Shown one piece after another: positions 10,683 to 23,372 of a DNA stretch of 64,000 bases. How positions within the stretch are numbered: position 1 is the stretch's first letter; every line of letters begins with the position of its first letter. Source of the DNA: Chromatiales bacterium. GTDB lineage: Bacteria > Pseudomonadota > Gammaproteobacteria > JAJPIJ01. The DNA is taken from positions 36,027 through 100,026 of the forward strand of contig JBQTIC010000047.1 of NCBI GenBank assembly GCA_052388435.1, read 5' to 3'. The notes below the pieces were generated by a model, which was not told the DNA's origin, made no database searches, and saw only the letters and a program-made list of their open reading frames with translations. The position numbers and the translations under genes were made by a program.

Positions 10683-11332
10683 TACAGCACAAAGTTTTCC
10701 GGCCTCCGGGCACCAACCAAAGCCGGCAATCTCGTTTCGAACAGGGACTCGCGCGCCCAGCCGTCCTCACCAATGCGCGTGAGGAGCAAGGCTTCCATCA
10801 CCGGCGCCTCGCCGGTGATGGCGAACAACCGTCCGCCGGGTCCTACGTGGGATTGGAATACGGGTGTCAATACAGGCAGGGAGCCGGTCACCGCAACGGC
10901 GTCATAGACGGCTGATGTCCGCCAATCCATGGCGTCGCCGATCGGCAGCGTGACGTTCTCCACCCCGGTGTGCTGCAGGCGCTGCCCCGCCGTCGCGCTG
11001 AGATCGGGATGGATCTCCACGCTGGTGACCCACGCGCCGAGCGCGGCGAGAACTGCCGTCACGTAGCCACTGCCGGTTCCAATTTCGAGGATGCGGTCGC
11101 CCGGCTGAATCTGCAGCGACTGGATCATGCGCGCCTCGACGGAGGGCGCCATCATGACTTCACCGTGACCGATGGGGATCTGGATGTCGGCGAAGGCCAG
11201 CCGCCGGTAGACCTCGGGCACGAAGTCCTCGCGCCTGACCCTGGCAATGGCGTCAAGTACCCGCTGATCGAGCACCTCCCAGGTGCGGATCTGCTGCTCG
11301 ATCATGTTGTAGCGCGCTTGGTCGAAGTTCAT
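10682..11332 (-). CDS. pcm: protein-L-isoaspartate O-methyltransferase
   Basis: ARYNMIEQQIRTW, LEIGTGSGY, SLFET. Confidence 0.9.
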   Translation of the reverse strand: MNFDQARYNMIEQQIRTWEVLDQRVLDAIARVRREDFVPEVYRRLAFADIQIPIGHGEVMMAPSVEARMIQSLQIQPGDRILEIGTGSGYVTAVLAALGAWVTSVEIHPDLSATAGQRLQHTGVENVTLPIGDAMDWRTSAVYDAVAVTGSLPVLTPVFQSHVGPGGRLFAITGEAPVMEALLLTRIGEDGWARESLFETRLPALVGARRPENFVL

Positions 11333-11474
11333 GTTCGGACGGACGTCGGTGGGCTTCAGGCGCATGTGCGAAAGTGGACCGGCCGCGCCACGCGTGGAAA
11401 AAACGGTAAGATTGTAGAAGGGTCCCGGCAACTATTCTATAGTGGCACGAGCGAGTAGTATTGACACCACAAAG

Positions 11475-13522
<2,048 letters not shown>

Positions 13523-13593
13523 GACAAGGCGTCAATGCCGTTGCGAGGAGTCGAGTTAACGCGAGGTCACTTGGAGGGTAGGCAGTCGCGCTG

Positions 13594-13959
13594 ATGACAG
13601 GCAACAAACCATCTCTGATTGTGTTTTCGAGAGCCATTGCGCAGCCGGAGACCATCGTCCCGCCAGCCGAGCACATCCTCGCAGGGGTACCTAAGCAGAC
13701 GCTGCGCAATTTCTACAATGATCCGAGCGGTCAGTTCTTCGCCGGCGTTTGGGAATGCGAAGTCGGTAAATGGCGCATCCATTACACCGAGCATGAGTTC
13801 TGCTACCTGCTCAAAGGCAGGGTCATACTCACCGACGCCAACGGTCTCGCTACTCCTCTGCATCAGGGTGACGCGTTTCTAATACCGGCTGGCTTTACGG
13901 GTACGTGGGAAACCGTTGAAGCCTGCAGGAAGTACTACGCCGTCTTTGAAGCGAAGTAG
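13594..13959 (+). CDS. cupin-domain protein (DUF861/EutQ-like)
   Basis: GVWECEVG, EFCYLLKG, IPAGFTGTWET, RKYY. Confidence 0.85.
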   Translation: MTGNKPSLIVFSRAIAQPETIVPPAEHILAGVPKQTLRNFYNDPSGQFFAGVWECEVGKWRIHYTEHEFCYLLKGRVILTDANGLATPLHQGDAFLIPAGFTGTWETVEACRKYYAVFEAK

Positions 13960-14195
13960 CGGGCTGCGTAAGTTATCGGGCAGACGCTGAGCTTCGACCA
14001 AACAGACTTTCAATCGAAGGGGTCCCCGTGCCCGGCGTACCTGCCCTGTGCAGTTGCCGAGCTTTCTTGTTCCCTCTCCAGCCAGCTTTCCGCCACTTGA
14101 CCTCTCGCATGTCTAGGCACACTCTTAAGTAGTTCGCATAAGCTGCTTATAGTCAAAGGATAATTCTGTAATATCGCACTGCCGACGGGAGGCAA

Positions 14196-15449
14196 ATGTT
14201 TGGCAACAGCTTGATGGCGCGTTGGGCATGGGATCACCGGCTGCGGTTCACACCGACGCCAGCCGCTCCCCAACGTGACCGTTTGGTTACCAGGTGCAAT
14301 CGGATTGGAAGATCTGCGCGAGCTGCCATCCTGCTGGGCCTGACGGTGGCAACATCGGCGTTTGCGCAAAGCCTGGAAGAAGGCAAAGCTGCTTACCTCG
14401 CTAAAGACTATGACTTGGCGTTCAGGATTCTTCAGCCTCTCGCCAATCAGGGCGACGCCGCGGCGCAGGTGACGCTCGGAATCATGTACGACTATGGTCA
14501 GGGTGTACCCGAGGACGATGCGAAAGCGCTCGACTGGTACAGCAAAGCTGCTCTGCATGGGACCTCCAATCTGCAGCACAACCTGGGAGTGAAATATTTC
14601 GAAGGTGTCGATGTCCCCAGGGATTACCGGCAGGCCGAAAATTGGTGGCGCATGGCGGCAGACAGCGGCTTTGCGGAGTCGCAGTACAGCCTTGGGGAGT
14701 TGTATGCCTGGGGCGTGGGGTTGAAGAAGGACGAACGGGAGGCGGTAAAGTGGTATCGCCTCGCGGCGGATCAGGGCCATACCATGGCGCAATACCGCTT
14801 GGGCGTGATGTACGCCGCCGGCCGCGGAGTGGCGATCGACTACCCGCAGGCGTACGCATGGCTGCGCAGGGCCGCCGGCCAGGGCATGCCGCAGGCTCAA
14901 TACCAGGTCGGCCGGCTTCTTGAGAACGGCGCGGGCACTACTCGGAACATGAAGGAGGCCATCCGCTGGTATCAGGTTGCCGCCAACCAGGGGTTAGAGA
15001 AGGCGAAACAGCGGCTCGCGGCTCTGCAGGCACGCGCGCAGACCCGCGACCAGGCGGTGGCCGTCAACGACGACAAGCGCCCTCCAGAGGAAACCTCCAG
15101 CGCCGTAGCAGGCAACATCGCTAACCTCCCCGCCAGGCTAATCGAGGCAAGCGGGATCGGTCGCGAGGACTGGATCAGGGCGCAGCCGCCTCATTATTTC
15201 ACGCTGCAACTGCTCACGGCCTCCAGTGAGCAGTCCGTCATCGATGTCATCAACGGCGCCAACTTCGGTGCCGACGCGACTTATTTCAAGCGGGATCTCA
15301 ACGGACGCATCGCCTACACGGCCGTCTATGGCGTCTTCGCCACCAGGGAACAGGCCAACGACGCGCTAGCAACCCTGCCATCCGCAATGCGGAAATCCAA
15401 ACCCTGGGTACGCCTGTTCGCTGAAGTCCAGGCGCTGCTCCTGCCGTAA
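14196..15449 (+). CDS. Sel1-repeat protein with C-terminal SPOR-like domain
   Basis: Repeated AQxxLGxxYxxGxGV..A..WY..AA units; C-terminal FTLQL..YGVFATREQA..LP..KPWVR; start uncertain. Confidence 0.85.
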   Translation: MFGNSLMARWAWDHRLRFTPTPAAPQRDRLVTRCNRIGRSARAAILLGLTVATSAFAQSLEEGKAAYLAKDYDLAFRILQPLANQGDAAAQVTLGIMYDYGQGVPEDDAKALDWYSKAALHGTSNLQHNLGVKYFEGVDVPRDYRQAENWWRMAADSGFAESQYSLGELYAWGVGLKKDEREAVKWYRLAADQGHTMAQYRLGVMYAAGRGVAIDYPQAYAWLRRAAGQGMPQAQYQVGRLLENGAGTTRNMKEAIRWYQVAANQGLEKAKQRLAALQARAQTRDQAVAVNDDKRPPEETSSAVAGNIANLPARLIEASGIGREDWIRAQPPHYFTLQLLTASSEQSVIDVINGANFGADATYFKRDLNGRIAYTAVYGVFATREQANDALATLPSAMRKSKPWVRLFAEVQALLLP

Positions 15450-15639
15450 TCGCCAGCCGGCTACCGCAGAAGAACAGGGATACCCCCCTCGACAAGCGAT
15501 GTAGCATTGAAAATGCTTAAATAATGGGCTATTAGTTAAGCTTAGTAACGCTTTTCTCGAAATAAACTACTTTAACAGTTCTGGCAACGCCTAGCTGCGT
15601 GGCGGCGGGCGAGACGCCAGGGCAGGCAAGGGAAAAGCC

Positions 15640-16653
15640 ATGGAACGTGCCCGGTCCACACTGGTTTGTACCCGATTCCGCGACGCCGCGCGCATGGCAG
15701 GGATGGCGTTAGCGGCGGGATGGTGTTTGGCGGCTGCGGCCGAGGGGGCCGTAGAGTTCGATCCCATGTTTAGGGAAGTCTTCGGCAAAGACCTGCTTTC
15801 CGCGACGCCAGCGAAACAACATGTCGGCTCGCCGCGCCCGGTACCCGCTGATGGCACGGGCCTTGACGAGGAGTTTGCGATCCCCGGCGAGTTCGGGCAC
15901 GCAGCGAACCAATGGGGAACTGGCGCCTACGGATTCGCTGCCTACCGGGATAATGCCGAGAATCTTCCGGGAAGCTTCGGCAGTGTCGATGAACTGCGGT
16001 TCAAACGTAGGCTCCTGCCAACAACAGATCCGGGCGTACAGGTCAGGTATGCTCCGGACAGCAAATCGCAGGTCTGGTCAGCGGACTTGTATGGAACTCG
16101 GACGCTGGCTCAAACCAGACATGGCCATGTGCATATGCTCGCCGGTCTCAAAGTCGGCGGTGTGGAGGGCGATTCTGTGGCGCCGGTTCAGGACAGTGCG
16201 CTGCCGGATGGCATGGCCCTCAGCGACGCCGGACTCGTCAGAGCTTCTGCGGCCACGGGCACGCTGATCGGACCGGTAGTGGGGATCGCGGGAGACAGCA
16301 GCCTGGGCCGACACAGGATCAAGGGGTTGTTTCAACAGAGCATGCTGATCGGCGCAGCGGAATCGACTTACCGGGAGGATCCTGACAGCAGCGCCGACGT
16401 GATCCAGGATGGTGTGCTGCGTTTTACTGACGGTCGCGATGTCAGCGTGCCAGTGACCGAGTTTGGCTTTAAGTATGTGTACGATGTAGCAGACGGTATC
16501 TCTTTGGGCCTGGGAGCGTTCGCTTCCGTATGGTGGGATGCCCCAACGGCAGCGAGCGTTGGTAGCAGCGCCAAGACTATCGGCGAATCGCCATTGAACG
16601 AAGAGACGCTCGTGTTCATCGGCGGCATGGGCAGCATCGAGGCGCGGTTCTAG
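15640..16653 (+). CDS. hypothetical exported protein, probable outer-membrane beta-barrel
   Basis: Signal-like segment, alternating beta-type segments, terminal Phe (SIEARF). Confidence 0.55.
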   Translation: MERARSTLVCTRFRDAARMAGMALAAGWCLAAAAEGAVEFDPMFREVFGKDLLSATPAKQHVGSPRPVPADGTGLDEEFAIPGEFGHAANQWGTGAYGFAAYRDNAENLPGSFGSVDELRFKRRLLPTTDPGVQVRYAPDSKSQVWSADLYGTRTLAQTRHGHVHMLAGLKVGGVEGDSVAPVQDSALPDGMALSDAGLVRASAATGTLIGPVVGIAGDSSLGRHRIKGLFQQSMLIGAAESTYREDPDSSADVIQDGVLRFTDGRDVSVPVTEFGFKYVYDVADGISLGLGAFASVWWDAPTAASVGSSAKTIGESPLNEETLVFIGGMGSIEARF

Positions 16654-16993
16654 ATCGCTGCCACCAAATCCGGCTCATTCGGCGGTCTGACGGGCGTGTG
16701 CGGGTACCGCTCGCGTTACTTCCATGTACTACCCGCAACCGCGGCGTGCCCGTCTGTCTTTGCTCCGTGCGCCGCCGAGTCGCGCCGCGCAAAGCCTGCC
16801 CGAGCGGGGAACATGTAGCGTAATTACGAGCAGTTGTCTGGCGCCTGCAGAGCCCAATCGCGCAGTATTCCCCTGCACTGGTTCCTTGACGCGGGCGATC
16901 CTGGCATTTTTTCCTTAGGCTGTGGGGATGCCTTCCCCGGACTCGAATGATGTAGCGCGGATTGAGAAAGCCGCATCCGGGCCCAACCCATCG

Positions 16994-18049
16994 CTACGGT
17001 GTGTTTGCCGCATGGGCGGGCGCGCTCTGGATTCCGCTTCGTGCGATCCAGGCAGGAGGTTTATCCTTAACGTCTCGCAGGGCGGCGTCGAGAATGTCGG
17101 CGCCAGCACAATCCGCGTGAGATCGCTCACTTAATTGCCGGCGCCAGCGCCGTGCACCCGGCAAGCCGTTGAACAGACCGAGGATGTGCCGCGTCATTTG
17201 CCGTAATGGCACGCCACGGTCAAGTTGCGCCACGATGTAATGTTTATAGCGCGCGACGACCTGTTCACGTCCAGGAACGTGCCCCGTGTCAAAAACTTCG
17301 CGCTCGAGATCCGCGAGCAGGTAGGGGTTGTGGTACGCCTCACGACCGATCATGACGCCGTCGACGTGAGCGAGTTGCTCCTGTATGTGCGGCACGGTCG
17401 CAATGCCGCCGTTGAGGATGATTGACAACACAGGAAAATCCCGCTTGATCTGATGCACCCACGCGTAGCGTAGCGGCGGCATCTCGCGGTTCTCCTTCGG
17501 ACTGAGGCCAGACAACCAGGCCTTGCGGGCGTGCAGGATGAATACCTTACAGCCTGCTCCCCCGACGGTTGCGATGAAATCGCAAAGATGCTCGTAGGAG
17601 TCGCGATCGTCGATGCCCAGCCGTGTCTTGACCGTGACCGGAATGGGGACCGCTTCGCGCATCGCCGCCACGCAGTCGGCCACGAGTTGCGGCTCGGCCA
17701 TGAGACAGGCGCCGAAACGCGCGTTCTGTACGCGATCGCTCGGGCAGCCGACGTTGAGATTGATCTCATCATAGCCGTACTCGAGGCCGTAGCGGGCGCA
17801 ACGCGCGAGCTCCCCGGGTACGCTTCCGCCAAGCTGCAGGGCGACGGGGTGTTCCTCAACGTTGAAGGCGAGCAGGCGCTCGCGAGCGCCGTGCATGAGC
17901 GCGCCCGTGGTCATCATCTCCGTGTAGAGCAGCGCGTGTGGTGATATGAGGCGCAGCAGATACCGGCAATGGGTATCTGTGCAGTCCATCATGGGGGCAA
18001 TGGCCACGCGGCGGTTGATTGGGAGCAGGTTCTCAGCTCGGGCGTGCAT
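16994..18049 (-). CDS. dusA: tRNA dihydrouridine synthase A
   Basis: APMMDCTD, EINLNVGCPSDRVQ, VKTRLGID, HARKAWLSGLSPKENR. Confidence 0.95.
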   Translation of the reverse strand: MHARAENLLPINRRVAIAPMMDCTDTHCRYLLRLISPHALLYTEMMTTGALMHGARERLLAFNVEEHPVALQLGGSVPGELARCARYGLEYGYDEINLNVGCPSDRVQNARFGACLMAEPQLVADCVAAMREAVPIPVTVKTRLGIDDRDSYEHLCDFIATVGGAGCKVFILHARKAWLSGLSPKENREMPPLRYAWVHQIKRDFPVLSIILNGGIATVPHIQEQLAHVDGVMIGREAYHNPYLLADLEREVFDTGHVPGREQVVARYKHYIVAQLDRGVPLRQMTRHILGLFNGLPGARRWRRQLSERSHADCAGADILDAALRDVKDKPPAWIARSGIQSAPAHAANTP

Positions 18050-18767
18050 AGCTCGCGGCGAGTATCTGGGCGGTGAAGGAGGCTCGGAGGTAGAAGCCGA
18101 GTGGCAGCGCGGCCGTGGGAGTGCCGTCGGGCGCCGTCGCAGCCGCGCGCGAGCGCCCGCTGGCGGCTTTGGGGCGCAGTTGCAGGTAAACGCCCAGCTC
18201 ACCCGAGACCGCGTCGGCGTGGCCGAGCGCCACCAGTTCCATCAACTCCTCCCAGTCACAGCGCAACTGCTGTTCCTGCTCCTCGGTAGGGCTCCACAGC
18301 ACGGCCTGGCCGACCCGGCGCTGTGCCAGCTGGACGCGCATGTCGGTCTCGACGGGCACCCACAGCACGCGCGTGAGCTTCCGGCGTACGAGCGAGTCGT
18401 CCCAGCGTTGAGCGCTCGCGTCATGCAGCGAGACGGCGCAGACATGGGTCGATTCGGCCGGGCGGGCATCGGGCGCGATCGGCACCGTCTTAACCTCTAT
18501 GCCGAGGTCCGCGAAATCAGGTTCTGGCCTGGAGCCGGCCGTGACGCCGAGCGCTGACTCGATGAGTTTACCGATCCAGCCCTTGGCGCGACGAAGGCTC
18601 TGCGGCACCGGGCAGGAGAGATCGGCGGCCACAGCGCCGAGAGTGAGTCCAGCGATCGCGCGCGCCCGTCCAAGCAACTCCGCCTCGTCGCGTGGTGTCG
18701 CGACGGCGGGGCCATTGGCGCCTCTCAGTCCGGCGCGAGCGCCTCGGTGATGGAGCGGCGCAGACAT
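18033..18767 (-). CDS. mutH: DNA mismatch repair endonuclease MutH
   Basis: KGWIGKLIE..LG..AGSRPEPDF..GIEVKTVP, LQLRPKAA, GFYLRASFT; start uncertain. Confidence 0.9.
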   Translation of the reverse strand: MSAPLHHRGARAGLRGANGPAVATPRDEAELLGRARAIAGLTLGAVAADLSCPVPQSLRRAKGWIGKLIESALGVTAGSRPEPDFADLGIEVKTVPIAPDARPAESTHVCAVSLHDASAQRWDDSLVRRKLTRVLWVPVETDMRVQLAQRRVGQAVLWSPTEEQEQQLRCDWEELMELVALGHADAVSGELGVYLQLRPKAASGRSRAAATAPDGTPTAALPLGFYLRASFTAQILAASYARPS

Positions 18768-21373
18768 TCGAACTTCACCGGGTCATTGATCGGTCGGTTG
18801 TCCATGTCGGTCAAGAAGAAAATATCCTCCACGCGTTCTCCAAAGGTGGCGATGCGGGCGTTCTTCAGGCGCACCCTGCAGAGACGCATGGCGTTGGCGA
18901 TGCGTGCCAGGACGCCCGGCCGGTCGGTGGTCACGACCTCCATCATGGTGCGGTCGTTGGCACTGTCGTCGGCGAAGCTGACAGTGGTGGGGATCGAGAA
19001 CGCCCTCAGCTTGCGGTTGGGCCGGCGCCGGCTGGCTTCGGGGGTGGCGTTCGTGATGATCCGGGCCCGCAGAGTCTTGACGATCTCGCTCGCCCGTTGC
19101 GGGTCGTCAATTGTTTGTCCCGTGTCCGCATCAAGCACCGCGTAGGTGTCCAGCGTGTAGCCGCGCCGGGAGGTGATGACGCGCGCATCGTGGATCGTTA
19201 GGCCCAGCTCGTCCAGCGTCTGGGTGGTCACGGCGAACAGATAATCCTGATCGCGGCTGTAGACAAAAAGTTCGCTGCCCCCACGGGCAGTCTGCTCCCG
19301 CAGCAGCACCAGCGGCTCGCACCGGTCACCGTGCGCCTGGATGACTTGCGCATGCCAGGCGATCTCCTCCGGGGTATGACGCAGAAAATAGTCCTCGGCC
19401 AGTGAGTTCCACAGCTCTCTCAGCGCGGCCTGATCCAGATTCACCTTGAGTAGCAGTGCCATCGCCGCCCCCTGCGTGCTGGCGATGCGTTCCGGGCGTT
19501 GCACCGGATTCTCCAACCCGCGCCGCAGGGCGTGCAGCGTGCCGCGGTAGAGTTCGCGCAGCAGGGAGTCTTTCCAGCTCGTCCACAGCGCCGGGTTGGT
19601 GCCCCGGATGTCGGCGACAGTCAGCAGATAAAGGTAGTCCAGATGGGCACGGTCACCGAGGAGTCCGGCGAAGTTGTTCACGACCGTCGGGTCTGTAACG
19701 TCCATGCGCGTCGCCGTGCGCGACATCAACAGATGATTTCGAACCAGCCAGGCGACCAGCGCGGTGTCGTATTGCCCGAGACCGTGCTGGCGACAGAAGC
19801 TGGTGGCTTCCTGCTCGCCGAGCTCGGAGTGGTCCCCGCCGCGTCCCTTGGCGATGTCGTGGAACAGCCCGGCGATGTATAGCAGCTCCGGCTTGGGCAG
19901 TTGCGCCATGATCTCGCGGCACAGTGGCAGATCGTCTTCCTGCCCGGAGACGGCGAGCAGACGCATGTTGCGGACGACAAACAGTGTGTGCTCGTCGACC
20001 GTATAGACATGGAACAAATCAAACTGCATTAACCCCACGACCGCACCGAATACCGGCAGATACGCCTCCAGCACGCCATAACGGTGCATGCGCTGCAGCT
20101 CGTGGCCGATGCGGCGCGGCTGGCGCAGGATCTCCATGAACAGACTGCGGTTGCGCAGGTCATGGCGGAATTTCTCGTCGACGAGGTAGCGGTGATCGCG
20201 GGTGAGGCGGATGGTGCTCGCGCGCACGCCCTGGATGTCCGGGCTCTGCTGCAGCAGCAGGAACAGCTCAAGCAGGGCAAAGGGGTAGCGTTTGAAGATC
20301 TGGTCGTTGACCACCTCGATGTAGCCGTTGCGGATCTGGAAGCGGCTGTTCAGCGAGACGATGACCGCCGGCCGACTCCGTTCCGATATCGCCTCCTCGA
20401 AGAGCTCCAGCAGCATCTCATTCAGACGGCGCAGGTCGAGCACCGTGCGGTAGAAGAGCTTCATGAACTGCTCGACGCCGCGGTTACCGTTCGGATCGCG
20501 GAAGCCGAACGCCGCGGCGATGGCGCGCTGGTGGTCAAAGAGCAGGCGGTCCTCGCGGCGGCCGGCGAGCAGGTGCAACTCGTAGCGAATGCGCCACAGG
20601 AAGCTCTGGCCGGCACGCAGCGTGTTGTACTCCTCTTCGGTCAGGAACTCGTGCTCGACCAGTTCGTGCAGCGTGCCGGTACCGAAGTGCCGCATGGCGA
20701 CCCAGCCGATGAGCTGGATGTCGCGCAGTCCGCCCGGACCCTCCTTGATATTGGGTTCGAGATTCTGCGCCGTGTCGTGAAACTTGCGGTGGCGGGCGAC
20801 TTGCTCGGCCAGCTTCGCCTCGAAGAACTCGGGGGTCGGCCAGATGCTTTCCGGTGCGGTGACTGTGCGCATCGCCTGAAACAGCGCCACGTCGCCGATG
20901 AGCAGTCTGGCCTCCATCAGACTGGTCGCCACTGTGACATCGGCGGCTGCCTCCTCGCGGCACTGCTCGAGCGTGCGGACGCTGTGTCCGACCTCAAGGC
21001 CGATGTCCCACAACAGCGTTACGAACTGCTCAATGCGCCTGCACAGGTCTTCACCGGGACGCCGTTCCAGGATGATGGCGAAGTCTACATCCGAGCCGGG
21101 ATGCAGCTCGCCGCGGCCGTAACCGCCGACGGCGGCGAGTGCCAGTTGCGTTTCCGGCAACGCGTACTCCCGCCACAAGGAAATCAGGATTTCATCGATG
21201 AGACGGGCGGCGCCGTGGACCAGCTCGTCGACCGGCGTGTCCATCTCGCGGCGCTGACGCAACGCGTCGCGCCCCTGCGCCAGCCGTTCCTTGTAGGCGG
21301 CGAGGCGGGAGTCGGCCTGCGCGGGCTTAGCGACGGCGACACCCTCACGCCATCCGCCGACGGCCGTCGTCAC
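18725..21373 (-). CDS. glnD: [protein-PII] uridylyltransferase
   Basis: AVGGYGRGELHPGSDVD, EPNIKEGPGGLRD, HVYTVDEH, FHDIAKGRGGDHS, ACT domains. Confidence 0.97.
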   Translation of the reverse strand: MTTAVGGWREGVAVAKPAQADSRLAAYKERLAQGRDALRQRREMDTPVDELVHGAARLIDEILISLWREYALPETQLALAAVGGYGRGELHPGSDVDFAIILERRPGEDLCRRIEQFVTLLWDIGLEVGHSVRTLEQCREEAAADVTVATSLMEARLLIGDVALFQAMRTVTAPESIWPTPEFFEAKLAEQVARHRKFHDTAQNLEPNIKEGPGGLRDIQLIGWVAMRHFGTGTLHELVEHEFLTEEEYNTLRAGQSFLWRIRYELHLLAGRREDRLLFDHQRAIAAAFGFRDPNGNRGVEQFMKLFYRTVLDLRRLNEMLLELFEEAISERSRPAVIVSLNSRFQIRNGYIEVVNDQIFKRYPFALLELFLLLQQSPDIQGVRASTIRLTRDHRYLVDEKFRHDLRNRSLFMEILRQPRRIGHELQRMHRYGVLEAYLPVFGAVVGLMQFDLFHVYTVDEHTLFVVRNMRLLAVSGQEDDLPLCREIMAQLPKPELLYIAGLFHDIAKGRGGDHSELGEQEATSFCRQHGLGQYDTALVAWLVRNHLLMSRTATRMDVTDPTVVNNFAGLLGDRAHLDYLYLLTVADIRGTNPALWTSWKDSLLRELYRGTLHALRRGLENPVQRPERIASTQGAAMALLLKVNLDQAALRELWNSLAEDYFLRHTPEEIAWHAQVIQAHGDRCEPLVLLREQTARGGSELFVYSRDQDYLFAVTTQTLDELGLTIHDARVITSRRGYTLDTYAVLDADTGQTIDDPQRASEIVKTLRARIITNATPEASRRRPNRKLRAFSIPTTVSFADDSANDRTMMEVVTTDRPGVLARIANAMRLCRVRLKNARIATFGERVEDIFFLTDMDNRPINDPVKFECLRRSITEALAPD

Positions 21374-22140
21374 GCGAATGTCTCATCGGGTCGCCGTGTC
21401 AGCACTTCATGACCCGCGGCCGTCACCAGCACCGTATGCTCCCATTGCGCCGAGAGGCTGCGATCTTTGGTGATCACCGTCCAGCCGTCGGGCAGGACGG
21501 TGACAAAGCGCTTGCCGGCGTTGATCATCGGCTCGATGGTGAACGTCATGCCAGTCTCGAGCGGGAGCCCGGTGCCTGGGGTGCCATAGTGCAGCACCTG
21601 CGGTTCTTCATGAAACTGCCGGCCTATGCCGTGGCCGCAGTACTCCCGGACCACGGAGAAGCTGTGCGATTCGGCGTGCCGCTGAATGGCGGCGCCGATG
21701 TCGCCCAGGCGCACCCCAGGCTTCACCATCTCGATCCCGATCCGCATGCATTCGTAGCTGGTTTCCACCAGCCGCCGCGCCCGGATCGACGGTTCGCCGA
21801 CGAAGAACATGCTGCTGGTGTCGCCGTGATAGCCGTCCCTGATAACGGTCACGTCCACATTGATGATATCGCCATGCTTCAGCGCCCGGTCGTTGGGAAT
21901 GCCGTGACAAACCACGTGATTCACGGAGGTGCAGATCGACTTCGGGAACCCGCGATAGTTAAGCGGCGCGGGGATTGCCTGCTGTTCCCCGACGATGTAA
22001 TCGTGGCAAATGCGGTCGAGCTCGTTGGTAGTGACGCCGGGCCTCACCTGCGGCGCGATCATCTCCAGCACTTGGGCGGCCAGCCGCCCTGCCATCTGCA
22101 TCTTGTCTATCTCCTCCGGCGTCTTGATGGATACTGTCAT
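21370..22140 (-). CDS. map: type I methionine aminopeptidase
   Basis: [44 protein letters not shown]. Confidence 0.97.
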   Translation of the reverse strand: MTVSIKTPEEIDKMQMAGRLAAQVLEMIAPQVRPGVTTNELDRICHDYIVGEQQAIPAPLNYRGFPKSICTSVNHVVCHGIPNDRALKHGDIINVDVTVIRDGYHGDTSSMFFVGEPSIRARRLVETSYECMRIGIEMVKPGVRLGDIGAAIQRHAESHSFSVVREYCGHGIGRQFHEEPQVLHYGTPGTGLPLETGMTFTIEPMINAGKRFVTVLPDGWTVITKDRSLSAQWEHTVLVTAAGHEVLTRRPDETFA

Positions 22141-22265
22141 CGTCTGCTGGAGCATGGCAATGGCCCTCCACGAGCAGGTCTAACGGGCCCTGCGCGCCGG
22201 GTGGGGGCGGGGGGCCGGGTAGAACTCAAGCTCTTCATCGGGATGGAAAATCGGCGCCGCATCGT

Positions 22266-22294
22266 TTGTTGCGCCGCGGGTTCTATGGTATAAA
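22266..22294 (+). promoter_or_regulatory. sigma70 promoter of rpsB (extended -10)
   Basis: TTGTTG-N17-TATAAA with TG at -15/-14 and GCGC discriminator. Confidence 0.6.
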
Positions 22295-22348
22295 GCGCCC
22301 GCCTTTCAGGCAAACGTTCAGCGCGATCCGCAAGCGGTCGGCTGGTTT

Positions 22349-22445
22349 TCCGCACACGCACCGTAAACTGCGCCCGGGTGCCCTTAACGCTTACGCCAAG
22401 CCGGGGTCGGCGTCGGGGGTGCGTGGAGGCTCAACCCTAAGAGGA
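22349..22445 (+). ncRNA. t44 / rpsB leader RNA (S2 autoregulation)
   Basis: CACACGCAC..GGGTG..GGGGTC..GTGCGTGGAGG..AACC stem pattern between the promoter and rpsB. Confidence 0.75.
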
Positions 22446-22457
22446 GTGCGACGCATT

Positions 22458-23372
22458 ATGGCGGAAGTCACCATGCGCCAGATGCTGGAGGCCGGGGTTC
22501 ATTTCGGCCACCAGACCCGTTACTGGCATCCCAAAATGGCTCCCTACATCTTCGGGGCGCGCAATAAGGTCCACATCATTAATCTCGAGAGGACGCTGCC
22601 GCTGTTCAACGATGCGGTGAATTTCCTCAGCCGCCTGGCGGCGCGCAAGGGCAAAGTACTGTTCGTAGGTACCAAGAAGGCCGCGCAGGAGGTCATACGC
22701 CAGGAAGCGATGCGCTGCGCCATGCCCTGGGTCGATCGTCGCTGGACAGGTGGCATGCTCACGAACTTCAAGACTGTCAAGCAATCCATCAAGCGGCTGC
22801 GAGACCTTGAGCAGATGCAGCAGGACGGCGCCTTCGACCGCCTGAGCAAGCGCGAGGCGCTGACCATGACCCGCGACCTCGAAAAGCTGAGCAAGAGTCT
22901 CGCTGGCATCAAGGACATGACAGTCCTGCCGGATGCGCTGTTTGTCATTGATATCGGCCACGAGAAGATTGCCGTCGCTGAGGCGCGCAAGCTGAACATC
23001 CCGGTGGTCGGCGTCGTCGACACCAACAACAATCCGGACGGCATCGACTATGCGATCCCCGGCAACGACGACGCGATGCGTTCTATTCAGCTCTACGCCA
23101 AGACCGTCGCCGACGCCATCCTTGACTCGCGTCTCACGGCAGTAGAGGCGGCCGCCGAGAAGGGCGATGAGTTTGTCGAGCTGAACGAGGCGGGCAAGCC
23201 GGTCGTCGACATCGCCGGGCAGGAGCAGAGGAAGCCCGGCGCCCGCAGGAAGACCGCGGCCGCCGGCCGGGCCGCGGTGGCGAAAAAGAAGGCAACGGTG
23301 AAGAAAAAGACCTCACGCACGCACGCGGCCGCCGGAACCGCGCCCGGCGCCTCGGGCAAAGAGGAGGCATGA
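22458..23372 (+). CDS. rpsB: 30S ribosomal protein S2
   Basis: [32 protein letters not shown]. Confidence 0.98.
   Translation: MAEVTMRQMLEAGVHFGHQTRYWHPKMAPYIFGARNKVHIINLERTLPLFNDAVNFLSRLAARKGKVLFVGTKKAAQEVIRQEAMRCAMPWVDRRWTGGMLTNFKTVKQSIKRLRDLEQMQQDGAFDRLSKREALTMTRDLEKLSKSLAGIKDMTVLPDALFVIDIGHEKIAVAEARKLNIPVVGVVDTNNNPDGIDYAIPGNDDAMRSIQLYAKTVADAILDSRLTAVEAAAEKGDEFVELNEAGKPVVDIAGQEQRKPGARRKTAAAGRAAVAKKKATVKKKTSRTHAAAGTAPGASGKEEA

Noticed and set aside
14201-14215. Possible sigma54 sites TGGCAAC at about 14201 and 15582
   Set aside because: The GG-N10-GC spacing is not met
16709-16831. Imperfect long inverted repeat between convergent genes
   Set aside because: Too degenerate to call as ncRNA or MITE without folding or homolog evidence
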